Shown in pieces: positions 24,304-34,980 of a stretch of 64,000 bases of DNA (the first letter of the stretch is position 1; each line of letters begins with the position of its first letter). The DNA comes from Podarcis liolepis (taxonomy: Eukaryota): NCBI GenBank assembly GCA_965112155.1, contig OZ218113.1; one strand, written 5' to 3'. The position numbers were made by a program, and so were the translations under genes. A model generated the notes under the pieces. It saw nothing but the letters and a program-made list of their open reading frames with translations, did no database searches and was not told where the DNA came from.

Positions 24304-24774
24304 AGGTTAAATGTAAAGCTTACAAATTTGATAATCAAAATTATTATTACCTGGGTCATTGTTAATACCTTATTTTTCATTTCCTGTTACATTAACTCAT
24401 CTGACTCAAAATATTTTAATAAAACATGAAGTCCTAATAAGGACAACAGGAAACAATCCAGCCTGCCGATCTCCATACATAGCACCTACACACAACTGTC
24501 ATGTCCAGAATCAGACTCCAGCTTGGAACAGTTCCATGGAGCTAGTAAAAGGTCTAGCGGTATCTGGAACTTCACAAGGACTTGCCCTCCATTCAAGAGC
24601 CCCTGAAAAGGAAGGCTGGAGATGACAGATGTCTGGACAGGAATGTCAAGAATGAATTTCTTGAGGAGGCGGACAACAGCAGGCAAACTACCATTTGTTG
24701 TAAATGAATATCATCTCAGAATTCCCCAACAGACACAGTGCGTGCCATTAAATCGCAAGTAAGTGAAAAGGTAC

Positions 24775-24887
24775 CTGCGCAGTTTCATTCACGGTGGGCG
24801 ATACGTCCGGCTCATTCTCCACAGGTAGAGTCTGAGGAGTGTAGAGTCCATTCACAAGAAGTTGATAGAAATGCATGCGCTTTTCAC
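24775..24887 (-). CDS. SETD1B: SETD1B coding exon 5 ([38 protein letters not shown])
   Basis: 113 nt, CAG/GTACCT boundaries, phase 1 to 0. Contains the conserved YTPQTLP motif. Confidence 0.96.
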
Positions 24888-26149
24888 CTGGACAAACAGC
24901 AACAACTTTATTAAAAAGAACACACCACAATTCCATCTAGAATCCACATTTTGCCAAGTCTCTCTGCAAACCAAGCCTGAACAGGCGCCAGTTCTGACTC
25001 TGTTGAAATATTCACTATCAGCTTGTTAGGCCAAGTGAAGCAAAAAATGCCTCATTGTGGTCCATACAAGCACAAGAGTGCTTCATTGATTGAGTTTTAT
25101 CTTGGAGCAGACTTGGAACAACATCCTTTTCTCGTTCTATCCTCACAACAACCCTGCCAGGTAGAGTGAATAGCCAAGGGTGATCCAGTGAATTTCATGG
25201 CTGAGCGTGAATTTGAACCTGGGTCTCCCCAGTCCTAGCCTTAAGTCTCTAATCACTACACCACTCTGGCTCCCTAAAGGCAGATGACCCAATTCCAGAT
25301 CGCCTGCTTCAAGAGCGGGAGGGGTAACAGAAGACAAAGCAGTAAAGGAAAAAGGTTAGACAAGACAAAGTGGCCCCCTCTTTTATTGCCATGTTGGTGC
25401 ATTTTATCAAGGAGAGCATGTGTCTTCAACTCAGGACTGCTTCTTCACAGAACTGGCCTCCCTCTCCTCAACATGTTCTCAAAGGAGGAGAAATAGTTTA
25501 ACAGCTGTAGGGATAAAACCATTTTATAGCAAAAATGTGTCTGCATTCAATGGTAAAATGTGATAAATCTTCAAACTCTGCAAGCCCAGCTCACTAGAAA
25601 TTGGACATCAAATCAGTTTTTCTGTAAAAGGCACATTGTATGTGATCAGTAAAAATGTTATAATATTTGTGTTTTTAAAAAAGGCACCTGCTTCCCCTGA
25701 CAGTGGCAACTAAGTAAATACGTATGTATTTTGATGAGCTTATTGATGGTTTTGCTGTTCATCTATAAATTCAGTTGTTTATTTTACGTTGTCCTCTTCC
25801 TTTGTAGCAGTGTTGACAAAAGATATATCTTTCTTTATTTATTAAAATGAAGTCTGAAATCCTATGCACACTAACCTGGGAACAAGCCCTGCTGAAATCA
25901 GCATGACTTACTTCTGCATAAAGAACATGAATAAAGTCAGTCTGCACAGCTAAACAGCTAGCCTTGTTGTGCAGCCAGCAAACTATTGCCAGAATTTTAG
26001 GGTCCAAGACACTAGCAGCTCAATCCCAGGGTCTGCTGTGCAAAGAGAAAACAGAGCAGGGACCAGTTCCTTCTCCAAAGTTATGGTGTTATACAGTCAA
26101 TAACTCGACCCAGTACAACCGGAACAATGCCATTCAAGCAGCTGAGCCG

Positions 26150-26750
26150 TGCTGGGGATGAGGGTACACACGCCATAACTAAGCACAGTTCTATTCATGT
26201 CAGCAAGAAATAAAACTGTCAATATTGAAGTGCATTTATTCAAATTTATGGTGTAGCCACACTTGGGAGTATTGTGGACAGTTCTCTTTGCCACTTCTCA
26301 AAAAGAATACTTGTAGAGCTGGGAAGAGGTGCAGGAAAGGGCAGCGACAATTATTTATTACTTATTTATTTCACAATACTTATCTAACACTTGACTGTAA
26401 TAAAACTTCAAAGCGGCTTACAATAATGATCAAGAGGACAGAGCACCTTCGCTATGAGAAAAGATTACAAGAGTTGAGGCTTCTTAGTTTAGAAGAAAGG
26501 TGTGTAAAGTAGGACACGATAAAGGTTTATAAGAGAGTTACCTTTTTGTCCCTCTCTCAAACTTCTAGAACCCAATGGGATCATCTAATGCAGCTGAATG
26601 CTGGGAGAGTCATGGCAGACAATAAGAAGTACTTCTTCCCAAAATGCATAACTGAACTGTGGAATTCACTTCCACATAGTGTGGTGATGTCCATCAACTT
26701 AAGGCAGCTTTAAAAATGGATCAGACAAATTGATGGAGGATAAGGCTGTC
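26150..26750 (+). mobile_element. Degraded CR1 ORF2 3' fragment
   Basis: Motifs HxEYCxQF and EHLRYEKRLQELRLLSLEER are typical of the CR1 RT C-terminus. Confidence 0.75.
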
Positions 26751-27463
26751 CACGTCATGATAAGGCTGTCCACGTCTTACCTCCAGGGTCAGAATCTGAA
26801 TCCCAGCCACTCAGGAACAACAGTGCAAGAAGGCTACCGCCACCATGCACTGCCTGGGAGCCTCAAAGGCACCTGGCTGGACACAGCGGCACTAGGGGGC
26901 CTCAGATGTGAGTCAACAGGGCGGTCTGTATGAATCCACTGGTGTGTTGTTGCAGTAATATAACAGGAGCATTCACTGCCCCAGGGTGCAAGTGCTGAAC
27001 AAGCTAGTAGTAAAGCAGCCCCCTGCAGGCACCCAGTGGTTTGCAGTGTAAGAACCTGTTAGTAACCTCTGTTTTGGAGGTTTTGCTGTATTCTTTTAGC
27101 CTTTACTGCAAATCACCCAGAGAACTTTGTTTATTGGCTGGTACAGACGTGCAGTAAATAAACTTATTTATATTGCATGTAAGTGCTCCATGGGCTTCAC
27201 ATAATCTTAGTTATCCTTTGGCCAGCATTCTTATCCCCATCTTGCAGCTACAAGGACTGAGGCTTGGGGAGAGGGTGGGGGAGGTGTCTGCATGATTGAA
27301 TTAATTTAAGTGGAGATTTCCTTGTTTGTTGCTTGGTCCCTCCGCCTACACTAGCTCCTAACACAGTTAAATTATTTGATCCTGTGTTTTAGTTGTAATT
27401 GGTAATTACTACCCCAGTTACAAAAACTAAGGTACAACACAAGAGTCCTTATCTCACACAAAA

Positions 27464-27498
27464 AGCAGCAGCAGCAGCAAGCAGCAGCAGCAGCAGCA
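27464..27498 (+). repeat. Interrupted (CAG)n microsatellite in SETD1B intron 4
   Basis: About 11 AGC units with one extra A. Confidence 0.9.
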
Positions 27499-29124
27499 AA
27501 GCTCTTAGACCAAGGTCTAAATTTCACCTCACATGACTCACTTAAAGCTACAGAGCTTTATTCTAAGGCCTGTGAACAGAATTTATGTTCTCTAGGATTT
27601 AGTCTTCTGAGTTCATCAAATCACAGTTAAAATAGTCATTTAGATACCATGTACTCCCTTTAACATCAGGTTTTCTTTTTTAAAAAGGAACTTTATAATA
27701 AAGAGTTGGCTAGAGTGGGCCAAACAGCTGTTCATCTATACCTCTGCTTTTTTATATCTAGTATTACATGTAAACAATGATAGTCTGGAAACTAGTTACC
27801 GGTAAGTCACAAATAGTGGAAATGTCAGAAATTGAGAAGGATGTGATCATAAGGATTTCAAAGGCTAGCCCTGGAAGCTTACAGAAAACTTGTTAAAAAT
27901 ACATTTAAAAATCAACACAGGTTTTAACACAGCTGCAGCTCAAACTATAAAGCAGTTATGTTAAATTTTCCTGATTCTCAACTTGGCTGTAAGCCTGACT
28001 GAGTTCAGTCAAATATATTTCCAATAAAATTTAGGATTATACCACTTTACAGATAGTTAAGCTGTGGTTCTCATGCTCTGATATGGTAGTAACTCAGAAT
28101 AAATGTTGATAAAAGACTGGATGATAACTGACCTGTTCTAACATTTTTTTCTTATCATTTTATTAATGACTATCTAACATGCATAGATGAATCCTCATTT
28201 CACAACATGAGAAACTATGCAGAGGAACATTTAACTGCAGCTGGAGATTCAGCAGTGCACTAACTAAAAAAACAAGACATAGTCAAATGTGTTTTGGAGT
28301 TCAGAACACTTGCAGTTTTAAAATTTTAGCATAAGCACTTTTAAAGATAAGGGACTAGAAACTGTCCCATTGTGCATAACATGTTAATTATTCATGCTTT
28401 CCAAAATGTTCCTTTAAAGGGTTAAAATAGTTTTAGGGTTTTTTTTATAATTAAGCTGCAAAACTGAAAGGTGTCTTATGGCAGAGGTGGGGGACAAATT
28501 AGCACTTATATGCTAAAAGTAACATGCTGGTCATATATGCTTCACTGCTTTAGCAAAAAAGAAAAATACAGCAAAAAAAGACCAAAAAAATTTAAGTGTT
28601 GAAGCAAACCTAACCATGCCTTCTTAGAAGTCAGTTGTGCTGAATTCAGTGGAGCTTACTCCCAGGTAACTGGGGTTAGGACTGCAGCCTCAGTATGGTT
28701 TGAGGAACTTATAAATAAAAGCTGAGTTCATAGCTACACTGCTTCTGTCTGAAGGTATTAGCACTACAGACCAGTTACTTTCAATATCTGGAGTGTTACT
28801 GTCCCTTTAAGAGTCAATGGAAGAAAAAAACAACACTATACAGAGCCTCTTGTACATATGTAAATGCCCGCAATGGGGTGATTAAATAAAAACAAGAACA
28901 TTGCTGGAATCTAATTTAGAGTATTATTTTAGAATAAATTTCAGGCATTTTCTAAAATGATTTTTAGCCTCATTTTTCTATAACTATAGGTGTGGGTGTG
29001 TGTGTTATCAGCTAAGTGCAAAAGGTACTTTTGGCAAAGGGGCAAAGGGGGACCATTTGGCAAGCCAAGTGTCAGCATGAGTGACTGAGTGAAATGGAGA
29101 GGATGGCAGCATTTTGTAAATTAC

Positions 29125-29175
29125 AGGACTGTCTCCTAGCAACAGACAACACATTCAGCTCCACGTGACTAGCAA
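29125..29175. promoter_or_regulatory. Candidate intronic enhancer: RFX X-box plus USF/TFE-type E-box
   Basis: GTCTCCTAGCAAC at 29131-29143 and CACGTGAC at 29162-29169 in SETD1B intron 4. Motif match only. Confidence 0.35.
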
Positions 29176-29297
29176 AGGCCCAGAGAAAAGCAGAGAGATT
29201 GAGGGGGAAATGCAGTGACAGTCATTTAATAGCTTCCACCACCACCCTTAAATTAATTACTAGCCCTCCCCATCCAATCTGCAAATGCGTCTCACTA

Positions 29298-29672
<375 letters not shown>

Positions 29673-29993
29673 TTAAAAGCCAGAGAGAGCAAAGTTAAGG
29701 ACTGTAAGCAATCACATCACCTGGAGCAGAGAGGGTTAAGAAGCAACTACTGAACTTTCAAGGTATTTCCCTTCCACTGCAATTTACAGACAAATACTGA
29801 ACTTTTGCCTCAGCAATAACTTTTAAAAATTTGTTTTAAATAACTCCATTGAGTTATTAAGAAAACACACTTTTGACAGGCAGAAAGCTCAATTGTATTT
29901 TGCAACTTTATAACACCGGTGAACTAATTATTCAACAATATAAAGATGCAATTAGATTTATATCAAGGACACCACAGTACTCAATGCATGTAC

Positions 29994-30092
29994 CTTAAAT
30001 TTAGGGACAGAGAGTTCCAGCTCTTTCGTTTTGGTCCATATTCGCCCTATCCTTGGATCTCTGACACAATCCACTGGGGCAAGACCTGGGTT
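29994..30092 (-). CDS. SETD1B: SETD1B coding exon 3 ([33 protein letters not shown])
   Basis: 99 nt, CAG/GTACAT boundaries. Contains the DPR motif associated with WDR82 binding in SET1 proteins. Confidence 0.97.
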
Positions 30093-30512
30093 CTGAGGAG
30101 GAGAGGGGAGTAAATTGAATGAAGCTTGAAAAAAGACACGACCCACGGAGGCAACAAAAAACCCAAAACCCCATGAAATTTGGAAGTTTACTCCACAGCC
30201 TTTAAAACTGAGGAGAATGTTCTCCAGGCAGGGCAGACACACACATGTCAAATAGCAATTCTGCAGGGAATCACAGAAAAAGAAAGACGCAGGTTTTATC
30301 TTCTGATTCTGACAGACTACATTGTCAGGGGGTGTAACTTTAATATGTTTCCTGAACATTTTGTAGCAATCTTCATTTTTTCAGGTCATTAAGAATTCCT
30401 CCTTCCCACCCACCCTTCAGAAGGGCGGCGAGGTACTAGAATAAAACAAACCAGGGTTGGGGGAAGAGAATATCACAATACATTTCATTTGTAAAAAATA
30501 GCGACCGCTTAC

Positions 30513-30667
30513 AGGAATGCTAAAATGCTGCCCATCGTAACGATAGAGTTTGTGCTGTCCTTTTTTCAGAGCTGGGTCAATAATCAACTTGTAACTTTTC
30601 CAATGGTGGTTTTTTTTCTCGGCAGAGGTGCTTGCTTGGGAGCTGCTCTCCATTCCGTTGATCCAAC
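30513..30667 (-). CDS. SETD1B: SETD1B coding exon 2 (SWINGMESS...[32 protein letters not shown])
   Basis: CAG acceptor, GTAAGC donor, 155 nt. Carries the SET1-family N-terminal motif W.SYKL.IDPAL....KLYRYDG. Confidence 0.97.
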
Positions 30668-30689
30668 CTGAGGAGAAAGCAAGCGGGGG

Positions 30690-32070
30690 CAACCAACGAA
30701 GTTAAAAAAAAAAAGACATATATGAAAGATTCCCGTTTCAGAACTGCTTCCTTCCCCCCCTCGCAATACCGTCAAGCTGGGTGGGGGGAAGGGAAGGGAA
30801 AAGACCGCACATCCAGACGCCGAGCCGGGGTGTCCCCCCGTGTCCCCCCTCCCGGGTGCAGGCAGCGAGACCAGAAAGAGAGCGAGGGAGAAAGGAGGAG
30901 GAGAGAGAGAGAGAGAGAGAGAAAATACCCATCTCACTTGAACTCTGCTTTTTGCCATGGTCTTCGGGGTGCTTGGCTTTTTCTCCTGCCTTGATCTCTT
31001 TGAAAGACATCGCTGTTCGGTGCCCGACCGTCTCCTGGCCGCGAAAGGCGAGCTCCTCTGCTCACATTGGGCTGGCTACATTACACGGGTTTTGAAAGCC
31101 TCCTGCCTCCTCGCTCGCTCGCTCTTTTCTTTTTTTTTTTGCGAGCCAACACATATTGTGTGTGTGCTTTCTGCTTGCTTCTCAGGCATCCCACAATTCA
31201 CCGCTATGGAGCTCGGCTAATGGCTAACCGCCCTCAACCGAATGCACATTCACAGCAGCTGCATCGCGCTGCAAAGCCCCCAGCCCGGCCGCCCGGCCGC
31301 GCCTCCCCGCCCCAAATAAAGGGCCATGCATTTTTCCCAGCAGGATGCGGCCCCGCCGTGCCTTTTCCTCCCAGTTAGCGGCGGGGCCAAATCCCCTTGG
31401 AATCTGCTGGCTACATTTACCTAAGCGCCAAACTGTTCCTAAACAAGATGGACATAGGTGGGACAAGGCCCCCCCCCTGCCTTTTTTCCCCTTTTCTTTT
31501 TTGGACGGGGAAGGGGGAGGGCAATAAAAGAAACCCCCCTCCTCACAAGACACCCGGCGCTCCAAAAGGCTCGAGTTTTTTTCCCCCCTTCCCCTCCCCC
31601 TCTCTTCTTTCTTTCTTTTTCCCTTTTTTCTTTTGCAAGTTACATCCCAGGGAGCTAACCGGGGCAGCGAGCTTGGCAGGGATACTTTTGCAAGAAGCCG
31701 CGGCAATGTTTCCACCTCCGATGAATGGGGAGAAGCGGGGGGCGCCCCCGTTTTGTTACAATTTGTCAATTTCGGAGGAGGGAGGAAGGAGAGTAGCAGC
31801 TTTGCTTATTAAAGGTCCTGCGCAGCCAATCAGGTCGGACCTTCCATTTTGTTTCAGCTAGAGTCTCCCTTGGATCTCCCCCCCCCCTTTCCTTTCCCTT
31901 CCCTTCTCCCTCTTTCGCCTTCCTTTCCTCCCGGGGTCGCCTTGTTGGGGCTTCGTGTTGTTTTAGCTCGACTTGTGCTTTTGGGTTTGTAATTTGGCCG
32001 TGCTTAGGTAATTGGCTGGTTAAAGGCACCAGGCGGGCGCAGCCAATCAGCGCGCAGCTTCCATTGGGCT
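30690..32070. promoter_or_regulatory. CpG-rich SETD1B promoter/first-exon region, probably bidirectional, with several CCAAT boxes and YY1-like motifs
   Basis: CpG density is high by eye. CCAAT or ATTGG at about 31826, 32011, 32043 and 32063. GC box CCCCGCCCC at about 31305. CCATTTT/AAGATGG motifs at about 31445, 31844 and 32141. Confidence 0.8.
30938..31010 (-). CDS. SETD1B: SETD1B coding exon 1 (MSFKEIKAGEKAKHPEDHGKKQSS, phase 1)
   Basis: ATG at 31010-31008. The 73 nt end at the donor A|GTGAGA and join the next exon in frame (A+GT=Ser, then WINGME). The peptide matches my recollection of the N-terminus of bird and amphibian SETD1B. Confidence 0.88.
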
Positions 32071-33949
32071 TGAGTTATTAGACGCTGATCTAAAAACATC
32101 CTTCAGCAGACAGCTAAGGAGAGGCCAACAGATCAGGCAGCCATTTTTCTGCAATGGAATTAAATGGCCAACTGGGTTTTCCTTTGTTCCAAAAGGGGAT
32201 ACTTGATCTGAATGAATCCACAACCATCCATTTCAGGACTTCTCAGTGTCTGTGTTAATGTCTGACAACATTTAGAGGACTAAAAGGAAGAAGGAAGATT
32301 TTATAAAAAGATCTGGATTTTTCCCTTTGATTTGGAACCCATCTTTGTCTTGTATATAACTAGGTCATGGCACGCCCTTATGTCAGCAGTAACAATTTTG
32401 AGTTACCAAAAAAGTAAATACATATGTATTTTTGGTGTTTGTTTTTGAAAGCTTTTCTTTGCCTGAGCAAATACATCTCTAGATGTAGCTTCCTGTATTA
32501 AACACTAAATACCTGGCCATCTTTTAAGTTAAATCCTTTCGTGCTAACAAGGTAATGTTTTAAATATAGATGTAGGAAACGTGAATTCTTGCAAAAAAAA
32601 TCATTAGGAAAAGTTTTTTTCCTTTTACATTGTAAGTACCCAATCCATTCTGTCCTTCTTGCTAAGTGTAGTTTTTCATGTTAAATGTTACTGGAGTTCT
32701 CCTTTAATTTATTTTTCCAGCCTTCATCTGCATGTCATTTTTTGTCTTGTTTATCTAAACCAATTGCTTCTGAGATACTTTTTAAGAATAAAAAATATTT
32801 AGCTAGAGATGCTTAAAATGTTTACATACAGTAACTATTAACCAGGTGTATTCACACTAACATGTAGAGATTTATGTTTGAGATCATGTTAAAAATGTGA
32901 GTGGGAGAGGGGAAGGAAAGACATGCAGCGTCCTTATGTGCAGAGTAAATCTGTCAGAGGAATTTACCGATTGAAGTCCGTAGTCTTTTTAAAAAGTTAA
33001 CTATATGTTATTAGTCGAAATAAGTAAATGTATTAACTTATTTTTAATCAAAAGCCATACAAAAATCTGAACGAGATCGAATAACTTGCAAGGTTATAAA
33101 ATAGAAGTGATGATACAGAACTTAACGTATACAGTATTTAGAAATTTATTTATTCCCCCCTCCCCCCAAAAAAATCCCAACCCCAGACTCCCACAACTTC
33201 ACCTTCAGAACTGCATTCAACTATGGTGTGCGGGTAAGTAAAGCCTTTTGCCCTTGCAGTGAAACAGAGCAGGCCTATGCAGCAAATGTTTTCGTCCAAG
33301 GCGGATATCCGAGTTACTTTCGGAGGGGGGGAAAGGTAGCTAACGTTCTTGTTTGAAAGTACATATTCAGAATCTATTTTTTATATCTATTTCCAAAAGC
33401 TACTTCCTTTCTTTAGCCTCCTGTAACAAAGTGCTTTGCTTGGCTGCATCCTTGTTGATTTCAAGAGCTTCTCTCTGCAAATCCATAATGGCATTACAGA
33501 TATGCTAAACTGTTCCCCTAAAGTCAATCTGCAGGCAGAGGTGGGATTTTTTTTTTAAGGCAAACCAACAAATAAACGCAAGTGATAGAGAACTAGTTTG
33601 AAGTCTTTCTCCCTCTAGTTACTGCAGGCTTTTTTTTTTTCTCCTTTTCATTTTACAACAGAGGCGTTTCGGGGACAACAGCAATTTGAGCAGTAAAGGG
33701 AGACCCTGGTTTGCTAATATGTACTGTAAACGAGTTTTCTTTTATCTTGAGAGGCTCCTGGTTTGAAAAACAAAATCCAAAATGGAGGTTTCCTTTTCCC
33801 TGCACAAGAAGAGTCGCTTGGCAGCCTTGTACTGTTTTTGTTGGGAAAGCTTGTGACGCGCTTGCTATTTCACAGCAGCAGATTTTTCCAGAGCTGCAGC
33901 TACAAAACTTCCAGCTGGCTTTGAGAGAGAGATTTAATTTGCAGAAATA

Positions 33950-34980
33950 GCCACTGCCTCTTGCACCCAAGTCAACCTCTGGCTTTGGTGCCGTGAAAAG
34001 AGGCTCGTTTTCAAGGCTGCCTTCGCAGTTCCTGCTCCGTATTGAGGGCAAGCAAGCCGGGTTTCGTAATGGCGGCTGTCATCTCTGTGCTGCGGCTGTT
34101 GCTTTTGGGGCAACACCAACGCTTGATTTCGTCAAGGCTGTTTTTATCGGGCAATGCAGGACAGAGCCCTTTCTCTCTCCTCTCTCCCCCCCCCCTTTTT
34201 AAAAACGTGTGTGAGGTTTGTAAAAAGCAAAGCAGGAGTGAGAGGGTCGGTTTTCTTCTGTCTGCTTCCCCCCCCCCTTGTTAATACTGGTGGGGGTGGG
34301 GAAGAGAGAGAGAGGACGGTTGCCATTTCGTGCAAGTGCTTTTGCAGCAGCGAGAAGAAACGTAGGAGCGAGCGCGAGGCTGCGTGTAAGAGGAGATCCT
34401 GGCGCGGCTCCAGCTCCTGCCTGCTGCTCTGCTCGGCACTCCCGGGGGTGGGGGGAGGGAGGGAGGGGGAAGACGGCGGGGGGGGGAGGGGAGGCCAGGG
34501 ACAGGCGAGCAGCCCGGCTCTTAAAGACACAGGGCGCTCCTGTGGTTTAGCAGAAGACAAAGGCGGCCTTGGTCCTTTGTGTCTAGAAACCTGAAAACGG
34601 GCTTTCCCCTCCTCTTTTGCATGCGAATAATGAAGACTATGGTGGGCAGGCAGCTGCTGCAGAACCCAAGCAGCTCGATAAAGGCTCTAAATCAGTTGGT
34701 AAATGCAAAGAGCGGCTTTCTGCAGTGCAGTGAGACTGTTTTCTCAGGCATGGCGTTGCTGGCTGGATTAGTGGCTGGAGAAGCCGTCCTGGGACTGATC
34801 TCTTGAACAGGTCTCTAACTCCTTACCACGTGTCTCAAAACAGGTCTCCCGGCATTGCTAATCTTTTCTTCTTTTCCTCGCCCCCCCCCCCATGAACCCT
34901 AGAAAGGGTGAGCTCGACGATGATCGAGGAGGAGGAGCTGACAAGGGAATGCGTGGTCTGTTGTCAGACGAGAGTGGGCT
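33950..34980. promoter_or_regulatory. Second CpG island about 3 kb upstream of SETD1B (alternative promoter or enhancer)
   Basis: CpG- and G-run-rich block with YY1-like AATGGCGGC (34068) and GCCATTT (34322). No transposon sequence seen. Confidence 0.6.

Noticed and set aside
26739-26776. Tandem duplication of GATAAGGCTGTCCACGTC
   Set aside because: A local slippage duplication at the end of a CR1 remnant with no sign of function.
33100-33220. Possible C/D-box snoRNA (GTGATGA at about 33108)
   Set aside because: No suitably placed CTGA D box or terminal stem.
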